From contig DASPWT010000198.1 in assembly GCA_035637655.1 (NCBI GenBank), positions 2,840-66,839 of the forward strand: a stretch of DNA of 64,000 nt, written 5' to 3'. Below the pieces are notes generated by a model. It had not been told where the DNA came from. It was given only the letters and a program-made list of their open reading frames with translations, and searched no databases. Position numbers and translations under genes: made by a program. Origin of the DNA: Burkholderiales bacterium (lineage in GTDB: Bacteria > Pseudomonadota > Gammaproteobacteria > Burkholderiales > SG8-39). Shown here one piece after another: positions 20,197 to 33,697 of this stretch (its first letter is position 1; every line of letters starts with the position of its first letter).

Positions 20197-20351
20197 ATTT
20201 TCTCTGCCCGAAAGCTGCGGCTTGTATTTGAAACGTCTATGAGTTGATTCTTCGGCAGCGATTCGCCTGTTGCGCCATCGGCACAGCACCCTGTTACGAG
20301 AGAACGAATCTACACTTTTGACCTTCGCACAGCAAGCAAGCCCTTCCGCGT

Positions 20352-21203
20352 TTATTTCCCCGTGTAAGGAATCACTTTTTGCCGCTGCTCACCCAGGCCC
20401 TTGATGCCGAGGGTGACGACGTCACCCGGCTTCAGCCACGCCTGGGTCGGCTTCATCCCCAGCGCCACCCCGGCCGGTGTTCCGGTGGTAATGATGTCAC
20501 CCGGGAGCAGCGTCATGTAGTTGCTCACGTATGAGACAAGCTTCGCGCAGGAGAAAATCATGTTCTTGGTATTGGACGATTGCCTGCGTTCGCCGTTGAC
20601 GTCGAGCCAGACGTCAAGCACCTGAGGATTGGTGATCTCGTCGGTCGTGACGAGCCATGGCCCGATCGGTCCAAAGGTGTCGCAGCCCTTGCCCTTGTCC
20701 CACTGAGAGGACTGCAGCTGGAAAGCACGCTCGGATACGTCATTCACGATCGTGTAGCCGGCAACGTGGTCCAGAGCCTCGTCTTCCGACACATATTCGG
20801 CGCGTGTCCCGATAACGATTGCGATCTCGACCTCGTAATCCAGCTTGGTGGAACTGCGCGGCTGCTGGATGTCGTCATTCGGGCCGCTGATGCACGTCGT
20901 CGCCTTCATGAACACTACCGGCTCGGCGGGTATTTGCAGACCCGCTTCGTGCGCGTGATCGGAGTAATTCAGGCCGATGGCGACGAACTTGGAGATGCCC
21001 GTATAAGGCACGCCGAAACGCGGGTTACCGCGCACCAGGGGCAGCGACTCCGGACGAATCTTGCGCAGCTTCGTCAGACCTTTGGAGGAAATCGTGTCCT
21101 GGTCAATGTTGGAAATGACTCCTGACAAATCGCGCAACTGGCCTTGCGCGTCGATGACGCCCGGTTTTTCGAATCCGTTCCTGCCGTAACGACAAAGCTT
21201 CAT
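20352..21203 (-). CDS. Fumarylacetoacetate hydrolase (FAH) family protein
   Basis: 283 aa from MKLCRYGRNGFEKPGVID. The FAH C-terminal domain pattern is present (GLNYSDHA, DYEVEIAIVIG, TGTPAGV). GGAAAGGAAG lies upstream of the ATG at 21203. Confidence 0.85.
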   Translation of the reverse strand: MKLCRYGRNGFEKPGVIDAQGQLRDLSGVISNIDQDTISSKGLTKLRKIRPESLPLVRGNPRFGVPYTGISKFVAIGLNYSDHAHEAGLQIPAEPVVFMKATTCISGPNDDIQQPRSSTKLDYEVEIAIVIGTRAEYVSEDEALDHVAGYTIVNDVSERAFQLQSSQWDKGKGCDTFGPIGPWLVTTDEITNPQVLDVWLDVNGERRQSSNTKNMIFSCAKLVSYVSNYMTLLPGDIITTGTPAGVALGMKPTQAWLKPGDVVTLGIKGLGEQRQKVIPYTGK

Positions 21204-21553
21204 TTTTGGCTTCCTTTCCAAATCATCATGCGGCCGCTCAAGCAAATCGCAACCCATGGAGCAAGCGCGAGCTGGGTGCAAGCGAGGGTGCTCGATATCG
21301 CCGCAGTCTTGGGCCGCCCATTTCTTGCCTGGGCGGCGGCGCGACGAGAGCAATTGGTGCGGCCGGTCTCCTGCGTAAGCCGTTCTCCCCAGAGCTATTC
21401 TTATTGCCCGGCGATTATAACAGCGCAACGCAGAAAAAAGCCGTAGTTTCATTTAAATCATGGGGTTACAGGAGTGGTGAAGCCCAGAGGTCCGAGGGGC
21501 GTGGGCACCGGCTGCGGGCCGCAACCGCGCGCACTCCCGGATAAAATCGTGGC

Positions 21554-22297
21554 ATGAAAGGCCTTGCATCTCGCGTTGTCCCGCGGTTTTTTGCACCGGT
21601 GCAGATTTCCCTCGGCGCCGAGATCGAACTGCCGGAGCGGGTCGCGCGTCATTGTGCGGTACTGCGCTTGCGCCGCGGCGACGCGGTCGTCTTGTTCAAT
21701 GGGGAGGGCGGGGAATTCTCCGCGAAGCTGACGCGGGCTTCCCGCGGCGATTTGCGCGCCTGCGTGATATCCAGGCAGACGCCGGAGCGCGAGTCGCCTC
21801 TCGCCATCGCGCTCGCTCAGTGCATATCGAGCGGAGACCGGATGGACATCACCTTGCAGAAATCTACGGAGCTTGGCGTCTCCAGGATAGTGCCGATCGC
21901 GAGTGAGCGCTCCGTAGTGAAACTCTCGAGCGACCGTGCCGACAGGCGCGTCGCCCACTGGCGCAATGTGGTCATCGCCGCCTGCGAGCAATGCGGGCGC
22001 AACCACGTACCCGAAGTGGCGGCGATCACCGCCTTCGCGGCTTTTCTGAGCCGGGCAGCCAGCGATGGGCTACGGCTGCTTCTGGCGCCGGATTCGGATC
22101 GACACTTGAAGCAGCTCGAACCGCCCAGCAGGGTGACGCTGCTGGTCGGACCGGAGGGAGGGCTCGCGCCTGGGGAGCGGCAGCGCGCTGAAAGGAGCGG
22201 GTTCGTGCCGATCCGCTTCGGGCCACGGGTGCTCCGCACTGAGACCGCGCCGCTCGCAGCAATCGCGGCGATGCAGGCGCTGTGGGGCGATTGTTAG
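21554..22297 (+). CDS. rsmE: 16S rRNA (uracil1498-N3)-methyltransferase
   Basis: 247 aa with the RsmE pattern: PRFF..., LFNGEGGEF, QKSTELGV, LLVGPEGGL, LGPRVLRTETA. Confidence 0.88.
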   Translation: MKGLASRVVPRFFAPVQISLGAEIELPERVARHCAVLRLRRGDAVVLFNGEGGEFSAKLTRASRGDLRACVISRQTPERESPLAIALAQCISSGDRMDITLQKSTELGVSRIVPIASERSVVKLSSDRADRRVAHWRNVVIAACEQCGRNHVPEVAAITAFAAFLSRAASDGLRLLLAPDSDRHLKQLEPPSRVTLLVGPEGGLAPGERQRAERSGFVPIRFGPRVLRTETAPLAAIAAMQALWGDC

Positions 22298-22374
22298 GCT
22301 CTGCAGACCGGGCAGCGCTGTATCTGCCGGGGGCAACTGGCTAGAATCGGAGTTCCTCAAGAACAACGACACTC

Positions 22375-23691
22375 ATGCCGCCCCATCCCAACGCCCAGTT
22401 CATCAGCTGGTTTCGCTCGGTCGCGCCGTACTTCCACGCTTTTCGCGGCAAGACCTTCGTGATCGCCTTTGGGGGGGAGATCTTGGTTGAAGGCAGGTTC
22501 GTCGAGCTTGCGCATGATATCAACCTGCTGCACAGCGCCGGAATACGCGTGGTGCTTGTGCACGGCTCGCGCCCGCAGATCGAAGCGCAGCTCAAGCGCC
22601 GCAAGACGCGTTCGCGCTACGCCAAGGGCCTGCGCATCACCGACCCGGTGGCGCTCGAATGCGTCAAGGAGGCGGTCGGGTTGCTGCGGGTGGAGATCGA
22701 CGCACTGCTCTCGCTCGGACTCCCGAATTCACCTATGGCAGGCGCCGTGATCAACACGGTCTCGGGAAATTTCATCACCGCGCAGCCGATGGGTGTGCAC
22801 GACGGCATAGACTTCCAGTACACCGGCTCGGTGCGCAAAGTCGATGCGCAGGCAATCGCGGGGTGTCTGGACGCGGGCAACATCGCAATCGTATCGCCGG
22901 TCGGCTATTCGCCCACCGGCGAGGTCTTCAACCTCGCCATGGAAGACGTGGCAGTGGCAACGGCGACGGCGCTCCAGGCCGAGAAGCTGATCTTCTTCTC
23001 CGACGCGCCCGTGCAGGACAAGGAGGGCGAGTTGCTCCCAGAGCTCACGGCGGAGGAAGCGACCGGGCTGCTCGCAAGCGGCAACCGCCTGTCGGACGAT
23101 ACGCGGCTCTATCTCGCACATGCCGTCGAGGCGGTGCGTGGAGGGATGCAACGCGCCCACCTCATCAGCCGGACGGTCCCCGGCGCTTTGCTGATCGAGT
23201 TGTTCACCCATGAAGGCTCGGGCACCATGATCACCGCCGACAAGGTGGTGAAGCTGCGCCCGGCCAAGATCGACGACGCGGGGGGGATCCTCAAACTGAT
23301 CGAGCCGCTCGAGGAAGACGGGACGCTGGTGCGCCGCGGGCGCGAACTGCTCGAACGCGAGATCGGGCGCTTTTCGGTGATCGAGCACGACGGGGTGATC
23401 GTCGGCTGCGCCGCGCTCTACCCTTTCCCCGGCGCACGCGCCGGCGAGCTTGCCTGCCTCGCGGTGCGGCCCGATTACCGCGACGCAGGCTATGGCGAGC
23501 GCCTGCTGCGGCATATCGAGGCACAGGCGCCCGCCCGCAACCTGAAAAAGCTGTTCGTGCTCACCACGCGCGCGACCCATTGGTTCATAGAGCGCGGGTT
23601 CGCCGAAACGAATGTCACCGTGCTGCCGAGGGAAAAGAAGGCGCTGTACAACTATCAGCGGCGTTCGAAGATTTTAGTGAAGCAGATTTGA
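22375..23691 (+). CDS. argA: Amino-acid N-acetyltransferase (N-acetylglutamate synthase)
   Basis: 438 aa. An N-terminal amino-acid-kinase fold (FVIAFGGE...VLVHGSRPQI) is followed by a C-terminal GNAT domain (GYGERLL). Confidence 0.9.
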   Translation: MPPHPNAQFISWFRSVAPYFHAFRGKTFVIAFGGEILVEGRFVELAHDINLLHSAGIRVVLVHGSRPQIEAQLKRRKTRSRYAKGLRITDPVALECVKEAVGLLRVEIDALLSLGLPNSPMAGAVINTVSGNFITAQPMGVHDGIDFQYTGSVRKVDAQAIAGCLDAGNIAIVSPVGYSPTGEVFNLAMEDVAVATATALQAEKLIFFSDAPVQDKEGELLPELTAEEATGLLASGNRLSDDTRLYLAHAVEAVRGGMQRAHLISRTVPGALLIELFTHEGSGTMITADKVVKLRPAKIDDAGGILKLIEPLEEDGTLVRRGRELLEREIGRFSVIEHDGVIVGCAALYPFPGARAGELACLAVRPDYRDAGYGERLLRHIEAQAPARNLKKLFVLTTRATHWFIERGFAETNVTVLPREKKALYNYQRRSKILVKQI

Positions 23692-23724
23692 AATCGACTT
23701 GATACCAGAATCGAGGTTGCGAAA

Positions 23725-23997
23725 ATGGCAAGGATGGTGAAATGCATCAAGCTCGGCCGCGACGCGGAAGGACTCGACTTCCCGCCCTACCCGGGCGAAC
23801 TCGGCAAGCGCATCTACGAGAATGTCTCCAAGGAAGCCTGGCAGGCCTGGATCAAGCACCAGACCATGCTCATCAATGAAAACAAGCTGAACCTTGCCGA
23901 CCCCCGCGCGCGGAAATATCTCGCCGAGCAGATGGAGAAGCATTTTTTCGGATCCGGGGCCGACGTGGCCTCCGGCTACGTGCCTCAGGACAAATAG
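23725..23997 (+). CDS. yggX: Fe(2+)-trafficking protein YggX
   Basis: 90 aa: [52 protein letters not shown], a near-textbook YggX sequence. Confidence 0.9.
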   Translation: MARMVKCIKLGRDAEGLDFPPYPGELGKRIYENVSKEAWQAWIKHQTMLINENKLNLADPRARKYLAEQMEKHFFGSGADVASGYVPQDK

Positions 23998-24002
23998 GCG
24001 CT

Positions 24003-24665
24003 CTACTTCCGGACGATCGTCCTCACGCCCGTCTTGGTTCCGAGTAAAAGCACATCCGCTCCGCGCCGGGCGAACAATCCGTTGGCAACGACGCCGGCGA
24101 TGTTGTTGACCGCCGTTTCCAGTTCGACCGGGTCGAGGACGGACAGGCCCCAAACATCGAGAACGATATTGCCATTGTCCGTGGCAAAGCCCTCGCGCAG
24201 CGAGGGCTGGCCGCCGAGCTTCACCATCTGGCGCGCGACATAGGCACGCGCCATCGGAATCACTTCGACCGGCAGCGGAAATTTTCCGAGCACCGGCACG
24301 AGCTTCGATTCGTCTACGATGCAAACGAACTTTTTTGCCACCGCGGCGACGATTTTCTCGCGCGTGAGCGCGCCGCCCCCGCCCTTGATCATGGCGAGAT
24401 GCTCGGTAATCTCGTCCGCACCGTCAATGTAGACCGGCAGCTCGTTGACGCTGTTGAGATCCATGACGCGAATGCCGCGACCCTTCAGCCGCTCGGCGGA
24501 TCTTTCCGAGCTCGCCACTGCGCCGGCAATGCGATTCCTCATCTTGGCCAGCTCGTCGACGAAGAAATCGGCGGTGGACCCGGTTCCGACGCCGATCACG
24601 GCGTCTTCCACCACGTGTTTGATCGCCTCGCGGGCGACTGCCTGCTTGAGCTCGTCCTGGGTCAT
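24003..24665 (-). CDS. rpiA: Ribose-5-phosphate isomerase A
   Basis: It starts [10 protein letters not shown], as enterobacterial RpiA does. Motifs include GVGTGST, DGADE and [11 protein letters not shown]. The ATG overlaps the lpdA stop (ATGA). Confidence 0.93.
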   Translation of the reverse strand: MTQDELKQAVAREAIKHVVEDAVIGVGTGSTADFFVDELAKMRNRIAGAVASSERSAERLKGRGIRVMDLNSVNELPVYIDGADEITEHLAMIKGGGGALTREKIVAAVAKKFVCIVDESKLVPVLGKFPLPVEVIPMARAYVARQMVKLGGQPSLREGFATDNGNIVLDVWGLSVLDPVELETAVNNIAGVVANGLFARRGADVLLLGTKTGVRTIVRK

Positions 24666-26416
24666 CGCCGTTTCGACGGAGGCAGGTCCGTACACACGCC
24701 TTCATACAGCTCTGCTGCCATTCCAACCGATTCGCTCGTGGTCGGATGCGGATGGATGGTCTTGCCGATGTCGACCGCGTCGGCGCCCATCTCGATCGCA
24801 AGCGCGATCTCGCTAATGAGGTCGCCCGCTCCCGCGCCGACGATGCCCCCGCCGATCACGCGATGCGTTTCCTCCGAGAAAATCAGCTTGGTGAACCCTT
24901 CGTCACGCCCATTGGCGATGGCGCGTCCGGAAGCTGCCCAGGGAAATTTGGCAACCCCGAACTTGATGCCCTGTTTCTTCGCTTCCTCCTCGGTCAGCCC
25001 CGCCCAGGCAATCTCGGGGTCCGTGTAAGCCACAGACGGGATGACGCGGGCGTCGAAGTGGGACTTCTGCCCCGCGGCGGCTTCCGCGGCGACGTGACCT
25101 TCGTGCACCGCCTTGTGCGCGAGCATCGGCTGACCGGCGATATCGCCAATGGCAAAGATGTGCGAAACGTTGGTGCGCATCTGCGAATCGACCGGGATGA
25201 AGCCGCGCTCGTTGACTGCGACACCCGCGGCTTCCGCTCCGATTTTCTTGCCGTTCGGCGTGCGTCCAACCGAGACCAGAATCATGTCGTAGAGAAGCGG
25301 CTTGAATGGGGCGTTTTCGCCCTCGAACGACACTTGCAGTCCCTCCTTCAGGGTTTCGATCCTGGCGGTCTTGGTTTTGAGCATCACCTTGTCGAAGCGG
25401 GGCGCGTTGAACGTTTGCCAAACTTTGACGAGATCGCGGTCCGCCTCCGCCATCAGCGTATCGAGCATCTCGACCACATCGAGCCTCGCGCCCAGCGTCG
25501 AGTACACCGTGCCCATTTCCAGCCCGATGATGCCGCCGCCAATCACCAGCAGGCGTTTGGGCTTCGAGCGCAGCTCCAGCGCGCCGGTGGAATCGACGAT
25601 GCGCGGATCTTCGGGAATGGAGGGAAGCTTTGCCGACTGTGAGCCGGCGGCGATGATGGCGCTTCTGAATGAGACGACCTTGCGCCCGTCCTTGGTTTCC
25701 ACCGCGAGATGATTCGGCCCGGCGAAAGCTCCGGCGCCCTGCAGCACCGTCACCTTGCGCATGCGCGCCATGCTGGCAAGCCCGCCGGTGAGCTTGCCAA
25801 CCGCTTTGCCTTTCCAGGCGCGCAAGGCGTCGAGGTCTACCTTCGGCTCGCCAAACGCAATGCCGCGCTCGGAGAGATGCTTCGCGTCGTCCATGACCGC
25901 CGCGACATGCAAAAGCGCTTTCGACGGGATGCAGCCCACGTTCAGGCAGACGCCACCGAGCGTCGGATAGCGCTCGACAAGAACGGTGTTCATGCCGAGA
26001 TCGGCCGCCCGGAAGGCGGCCGAATAACCGCCGGGGCCGGAGCCCAGGACCAGCATGTCGCAAGTCACGTCGGCCGCACCCTTGAACGCCGCTGTCGCGG
26101 GCACCGGCGCAGCGGGCTTCGCGGGTGCAGGTGTTACTGCGGCGGCAGGCACCCGTTTGGAAGGCGGAGCCGCGGCAGCACCCGCGCTCTCTTCAAGCAG
26201 GAGAATCGGCGATCCTTGCGAGACCTTGTCGCCCAGCTTGATGCGCAATTCCTTCACGATCCCCGCTTGCGGCGACGGAATTTCTATCGTCGCCTTGTCG
26301 GACTCGAGCGTGACGAGGGAGGTCTCTTTTTCCACCTTGTCGCCGGGCTTCACCAGGACTTCGATGATTTCGACGTCCTTGAAATCGCCGATGTCAGGCA
26401 CCTTGACTTCGATCAT
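24662..26416 (-). CDS. lpdA: Dihydrolipoyl dehydrogenase (E3) with N-terminal lipoyl domain
   Basis: From [12 protein letters not shown]...[11 protein letters not shown] (lipoyl-lysine motif), through an Ala/Pro linker, to [30 protein letters not shown] and the C-terminal dimerisation domain. Confidence 0.92.
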   Translation of the reverse strand: MIEVKVPDIGDFKDVEIIEVLVKPGDKVEKETSLVTLESDKATIEIPSPQAGIVKELRIKLGDKVSQGSPILLLEESAGAAAAPPSKRVPAAAVTPAPAKPAAPVPATAAFKGAADVTCDMLVLGSGPGGYSAAFRAADLGMNTVLVERYPTLGGVCLNVGCIPSKALLHVAAVMDDAKHLSERGIAFGEPKVDLDALRAWKGKAVGKLTGGLASMARMRKVTVLQGAGAFAGPNHLAVETKDGRKVVSFRSAIIAAGSQSAKLPSIPEDPRIVDSTGALELRSKPKRLLVIGGGIIGLEMGTVYSTLGARLDVVEMLDTLMAEADRDLVKVWQTFNAPRFDKVMLKTKTARIETLKEGLQVSFEGENAPFKPLLYDMILVSVGRTPNGKKIGAEAAGVAVNERGFIPVDSQMRTNVSHIFAIGDIAGQPMLAHKAVHEGHVAAEAAAGQKSHFDARVIPSVAYTDPEIAWAGLTEEEAKKQGIKFGVAKFPWAASGRAIANGRDEGFTKLIFSEETHRVIGGGIVGAGAGDLISEIALAIEMGADAVDIGKTIHPHPTTSESVGMAAELYEGVCTDLPPSKRR

Positions 26417-26432
26417 CTGCGCCACGCCGGCC

Positions 26433-27746
26433 TCACAAAAGGGTGCGGCGAATGTCGGAGAGGACCGAGGCCAGATAGGTCGTGAAGCGCGCCCCGGCGG
26501 CGCCGTCGATGACGCGGTGGTCGTACGCAAGCGACAGCGGCAGCATCAGCCGCGGAACGAACGCGCCGTCCTTGTACACCGGCCGCATCTGCGATCTCGC
26601 CACGCCGAGGATCGCGACTTCGGGCGCGTTGATGATAGGCGTGAACGCCGTGCCGCCGATGCCCCCGAGGCTGGAGATGCTGAAGGTACCGCCGCGCATG
26701 CTGTCGGGCTTGAGCTTCTTCTCCCGTGCGAGTTTGGAGATTTCCGCCAGCTCGCGGGCAAGATCGAAGACGCCCTTGCGGTCCGCGTCGCGGATCACGG
26801 GCACGACCAAGCCATCGGGCGTGTCCACCGCGACGCCGATGTGGTAGTACTTCTTGACGATCAGGTTCTCGCCGGTCTTGTCGAGCGAAGCGTTGAAATC
26901 GGGAAACTGGCGCAGGGCGTTGACCGAAGCCTTCACCAGGAAGGCGAGCATGGTGAGCTTGAAGCCTTCCTTTTCCGCCACCTGCGTGTTCTCCTTGCGG
27001 AAAGCCTCGAGCTCGGTGATGTCGGCTTCGTCGTGCTGGGTGACGTGCGGAATCGAGACCCAGTTGCGGTGCAAAAAACCGCCCGAGAGTTTCTTGATGC
27101 GCGACAAGGGCTTCGTTTCGACCGGACCGAATTTGGCGAAATCCACCTGCGGCCACTCGGGCAGGTCAAGGCCGAAGCCGCTTCGCGCGACGGGCGCCGG
27201 TGCCGCTTGCGCACCTTTCATCACGCCCTTGACGAACGCTTGCACGTCTGCCTGCGTGATGCGGCCCTTCGGGCCGGAGCCTTTCACTTTGACGAGGTCG
27301 ACGCCGAGCTCGCGCGCGAACTTGCGCACCGACGGGCTCGCGTGCGGCGTGAAACCGGGGGCCGGCCCGGGCTCGTACGGGACCGGATCGTGCTTGCCGG
27401 CGAGCGGCACTGTAGGCGGCGGCGCGGCGCGCGCCGGTGCAGGAGCGGGAGCAGGAACCAGCGCCGGAGCCGCGGCGGGTTTCGCCACCGGGGCAGGCGT
27501 GCCTTGCGCCGCCTCGAGCATCAGCAGCAGACTGCCGGTGGACACCTTGTCGCCGACCTTGACGCGGAGCTCTTTCACCGTGCCCGCCGCGGGCGATGGA
27601 ATCTCCATGGTCGCCTTGTCCGATTCGACCGTGATCAGCGACTGCTCGGGCTGGATGGCGTCCCCCGGCTTCACCAAAACCTCGATGACATCGACGTTCT
27701 TGAAGTCGCCGATGTCAGGGACGACGATCTCTCGGATAGTTCCCAT
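26433..27746 (-). CDS. aceF: Dihydrolipoamide acetyltransferase (E2) of pyruvate dehydrogenase; single lipoyl domain
   Basis: 437 aa with one lipoyl domain (VESDKATMEIP), a Pro/Ala linker, an E3-binding domain (SPSVRKFARELGVDL) and a catalytic domain ending DHRVIDGA. Confidence 0.93.
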   Translation of the reverse strand: MGTIREIVVPDIGDFKNVDVIEVLVKPGDAIQPEQSLITVESDKATMEIPSPAAGTVKELRVKVGDKVSTGSLLLMLEAAQGTPAPVAKPAAAPALVPAPAPAPARAAPPPTVPLAGKHDPVPYEPGPAPGFTPHASPSVRKFARELGVDLVKVKGSGPKGRITQADVQAFVKGVMKGAQAAPAPVARSGFGLDLPEWPQVDFAKFGPVETKPLSRIKKLSGGFLHRNWVSIPHVTQHDEADITELEAFRKENTQVAEKEGFKLTMLAFLVKASVNALRQFPDFNASLDKTGENLIVKKYYHIGVAVDTPDGLVVPVIRDADRKGVFDLARELAEISKLAREKKLKPDSMRGGTFSISSLGGIGGTAFTPIINAPEVAILGVARSQMRPVYKDGAFVPRLMLPLSLAYDHRVIDGAAGARFTTYLASVLSDIRRTLL

Positions 27747-27794
27747 GCTTGTTTTCGTTCCGGGTCGGGAGCCAGGCCGTGGCTCTCGAACGCG

Positions 27795-30479
<2,685 letters not shown>

Positions 30480-30679
30480 GACGTTTCCCTCTAGGCGCGA
30501 AGGTGTGGACGGAAGCGTGAGACTTGCGGAGAATCGCTCGAAGCTTACCCTGACGGCCCTATAGGATCAATTGCACCTTGTTCCATATTATGAAAGGGTA
30601 TTTCGCATTATACGAAAACGCCCCTCGCCTGAAAGAGGTCGGAATTCAGCTTGGCTGAACCAGGGCCAGGAAACTACGG

Positions 30680-31591
30680 ATGCTAGAATGCGCGCCTTCC
30701 GTGTTCGCCGCGCCGATTCTCCCCGTGCAGACCCGCACCATTGACGGCAACGCCATTGCGCGCGAGTTGCGCGCAGGGCTGATTCGGCGTGTCGCGGCCC
30801 TTGCCGCGAGAGGTGTGCGCCCCGGCCTCGCGGCGATACAAGTCGGGAATCACCCGGCATCGAGGGTCTATGTACGGAACAAGATCAAGGCATGCGGCGA
30901 AGCGGGACTCTATTCAGAGCACATCGAATTGCCGGCCGACGCGGATGAATCGACGCTCCTCGGGCGCATCCGGATCCTCAACAACGACCCCCGCATCCAC
31001 GGCATCCTCGTGCAGCTTCCGTTGCCACTGGGATTTTCGGCGGAACGGGTGCTCGAAGCCCTGTCCCCGGCGAAGGACATTGACGGCTTTCATCCGACCA
31101 ACATGGGCCTGCTTGCCATCGGCAATCCGCGCTTCGTGCCCTGCACGCCCCTTGGAGTGATGAAGATCCTCGAGCACGAGGGAGTGGGTCTGCAGGGCCG
31201 GCATGCCGTCGTAGTGGGCCGCAGCAACATCGTCGGCAAACCGGTGGCCTTGCTGCTCTTGCAAAAAGGCGCCACGGTCACCATCTGCAACTCGAGCACC
31301 CCCGATCTGCGCGCGATGGCCAGCCAGGCTGACATTCTCGTGGTCGCCGCGGGCAAACCCAAGCTCGTCACGGCTGGCATGGTGAAGCCCGGCGCCGTCG
31401 TCATCGACGTCGGCATCAACCGGCTTGCGGACGGGAAACTCACGGGCGATGTGGATTTCCAAAGCGTACTCGGAACCGCTTCGTGCATCACACCAGTGCC
31501 GGGCGGGGTTGGGCCCATGACGATCGCAATGTTGCTTGAGAACACGGTGATGTCCGCCGAGCGCGCCTTGGACACTCGCAGCAGCACCTGA
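30680..31591 (+). CDS. folD: Bifunctional methylenetetrahydrofolate dehydrogenase/cyclohydrolase
   Basis: IDGNAIA..., [38 protein letters not shown]. The start is ambiguous. ATG 30680 is the longest option. GTG 30725 (MQTRTIDG) fits the usual FolD N-terminus better. Confidence 0.88.
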   Translation: MLECAPSVFAAPILPVQTRTIDGNAIARELRAGLIRRVAALAARGVRPGLAAIQVGNHPASRVYVRNKIKACGEAGLYSEHIELPADADESTLLGRIRILNNDPRIHGILVQLPLPLGFSAERVLEALSPAKDIDGFHPTNMGLLAIGNPRFVPCTPLGVMKILEHEGVGLQGRHAVVVGRSNIVGKPVALLLLQKGATVTICNSSTPDLRAMASQADILVVAAGKPKLVTAGMVKPGAVVIDVGINRLADGKLTGDVDFQSVLGTASCITPVPGGVGPMTIAMLLENTVMSAERALDTRSST

Positions 31592-31647
31592 CACGGCGGA
31601 GCAAAGTCCGGCGATCTCAACCGGAGAACTTAGGCGTTGAACGTGAA

Positions 31648-33684
31648 ATGACTGTCAATCCGCTGCTCGATTTTTCCGGCTTGCCGCGCTTTACCTCGGT
31701 ACGGCCCGAACACGTCGGGCCGGCAATCGACCAGCTGCTCGCGGAGAACCGCGCCCTGATCGTCCGGCTCACGGCCGAGGGCACGGCTGCGTCCTGGAAC
31801 GAGTTCGCCGAGCCGCTGGAAAACGCCAATGAACGGCTGTGGCGCGCTTGGGGCGCGGTCGCTCACCTGCACGCAGTGGACGACAACGCTGCGATCCGCG
31901 ATGCCTACCATGCCAGCCTGCCCAAAGTCACCCATTTCAGGACCGAACTCGCTCAGAATCTCGACCTGTACGAAAAATTCAAGCTTCTGCGCGCTTCGAG
32001 TGGTTTCGAGGGCTTGTCTCAAGCGCAGCGCAGGATTGTCGAGAACAGCTTGCGTGACTACCGTCTCGGAGGAGCCGAGCTGGCGCCCCGGGAAAAAAGG
32101 CGCTTCGCCGAAATCCAGGAAGAACTTGCAACGCTCGAGGCCAAGTTTTCCGAGAATCTGCTCGACGCGACCAATGCGTTTTCGTTGCTGATCACCGACC
32201 GCGGGGAGCTGCTCGGGATGCCGGAGGACGTGCTGGAGGCTGCCAAAGAAGCCGCACATGAGGACGGACAGGAAGGTTGGAAGTTCACGCTGCAGGCACC
32301 GTCGTACGGGCCGGTGATGCAATACGCCGAAAATCGCGGGTTGCGGGAAAAATTCTATAGAGCGCACGTCACGCGAGCGAGCGAACTCGGAAAGCCGGAA
32401 TTCGACAACACTTCGATTATCGTTCGTGAGCTTCGCCTGCGAAAAGAAAAGGCGCGACTGCTCGATTACAAGAGTTTCGCAGAATTCTCCCTTGTGCCGA
32501 AAATGGCCGGATCGCCCGACGCCGCACTCGATTTCCTCAATGATCTTGCCGGAAGGGCGCTGCCTCACGCGCGCAGGGATTATGCCGACCTGGAGGAGTT
32601 CTCCCACACGGAGCTCGGAATCCATGAGCTCCAGGCTTGGGACATCGCGTTCGCGTCGGAAAAATTGCGCACGAAACGTTACGCATTCTCCGACCAGGAA
32701 GTGAAGCACTATTTCCCGGAGCCGAAGGTCCTGGAAGGCATGTTCCGGCTGGTGGAGGCCCTCTATGGCATTCGCATTCTCCCGGACGCGGCTGAAACCT
32801 GGCACCCGCAGGTGCGTTTTTTCCGGATTGTCGACTCGGACGAGAGCCTGATCGGCCAGTTCTATCTCGATCTGTACTCACGGGAAGCCAAGCGTGGCGG
32901 AGCGTGGATGGACGAGGCGATCACGCGGCAGCGAATCCCCGGAGGTCTCCGGACCCCGGTTGCCCATCTCATCTGCAACTTTCCGGCACCGGTCGGGAAC
33001 AAGTCCGCGCTATTTACGCATGACGAAGTGATGACCCTGTTTCACGAATTCGGTCACGGGTTGCACCATCTGCTCTCGCGAGTCGACGATCTGGGTGTCT
33101 CCGGAATACGCGGCGTCGAATGGGACGCGGTCGAGCTGCCTTCGCAGTTCATGGAGAACTTCTGCTGGGAATGGAACGTGCTCGCCGGCATGACGGCTCA
33201 AGCAGAAAGTGGAGAGGTCTTACCGCGCAGCTTGTTCGACAAGATGTTGGCTGCAAAGAACTTCCAAAGCGGCATGCAGACCGTGCGCCAGATCGAATTC
33301 GCGCTGGTCGACATGCACCTACACCATGACTACGATCCCGCGGAGGCAAAGACGCCACTGCAACTGCTCCACGAAATCAGGGCGAAAGTCGCCGTGGTCA
33401 TGCCGCCGGAGTACAACCGCTTCCTCAACAACTTTTCGCACGTTTTCTCGGGAGATTACGCTGCCGGTTACTACAGTTACAAGTGGGCGGAGGTGCTCTC
33501 CGCCGACGCCTATAGCCTGTTCGAACAGAACGGCGTGCTCGATTCCGGCACGGGTGCGCGATTCCGCGACGAGATTCTCGCAGTCGGCGGCAGCCGCCCG
33601 GCGCTCGAATCGTTCAAGGCGTTTCGCGGCCGCGAGCCGAGAATCGACGCTCTGTTGCGTCACAATGGTATGATCGCGCCCTGA
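31648..33684 (+). CDS. prlC: Oligopeptidase A (M3 family zinc metallopeptidase)
   Basis: 678 aa with the HEFGH zinc site (TLFHEFGHGLHH) and M3-family similarity throughout. Confidence 0.9.
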   Translation: MTVNPLLDFSGLPRFTSVRPEHVGPAIDQLLAENRALIVRLTAEGTAASWNEFAEPLENANERLWRAWGAVAHLHAVDDNAAIRDAYHASLPKVTHFRTELAQNLDLYEKFKLLRASSGFEGLSQAQRRIVENSLRDYRLGGAELAPREKRRFAEIQEELATLEAKFSENLLDATNAFSLLITDRGELLGMPEDVLEAAKEAAHEDGQEGWKFTLQAPSYGPVMQYAENRGLREKFYRAHVTRASELGKPEFDNTSIIVRELRLRKEKARLLDYKSFAEFSLVPKMAGSPDAALDFLNDLAGRALPHARRDYADLEEFSHTELGIHELQAWDIAFASEKLRTKRYAFSDQEVKHYFPEPKVLEGMFRLVEALYGIRILPDAAETWHPQVRFFRIVDSDESLIGQFYLDLYSREAKRGGAWMDEAITRQRIPGGLRTPVAHLICNFPAPVGNKSALFTHDEVMTLFHEFGHGLHHLLSRVDDLGVSGIRGVEWDAVELPSQFMENFCWEWNVLAGMTAQAESGEVLPRSLFDKMLAAKNFQSGMQTVRQIEFALVDMHLHHDYDPAEAKTPLQLLHEIRAKVAVVMPPEYNRFLNNFSHVFSGDYAAGYYSYKWAEVLSADAYSLFEQNGVLDSGTGARFRDEILAVGGSRPALESFKAFRGREPRIDALLRHNGMIAP

Positions 33685-33697
33685 GGAGCATCACCGC

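Noticed and set aside
21204-21553. 350-bp divergent region between the FAH-family gene and rsmE, with the inverted repeat GCCGCCCA-N9-TGGGCGGC (about 21312-21336)
   Set aside because: It is a single GC-rich palindrome with no T-tract, no second copy and no adjacent regulator, which is insufficient to assign a function.
27400-27505. Apparent GC-rich tandem repetition (gcc/gcg/ccg runs), also at about 26040-26190
   Set aside because: These encode the Ala/Pro-rich flexible linkers of E2 and E3. This is a normal feature and not a non-coding repeat or CRISPR-like array.
30480-30679. AT-richer aceE-folD intergenic region examined for a PdhR-type operator (AATTGGT...ACCAATT)
   Set aside because: Only a short TTCAGC-TTG-GCTGAA inverted repeat and a CAATTG were seen. 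Nothing matches a PdhR box well enough to call.
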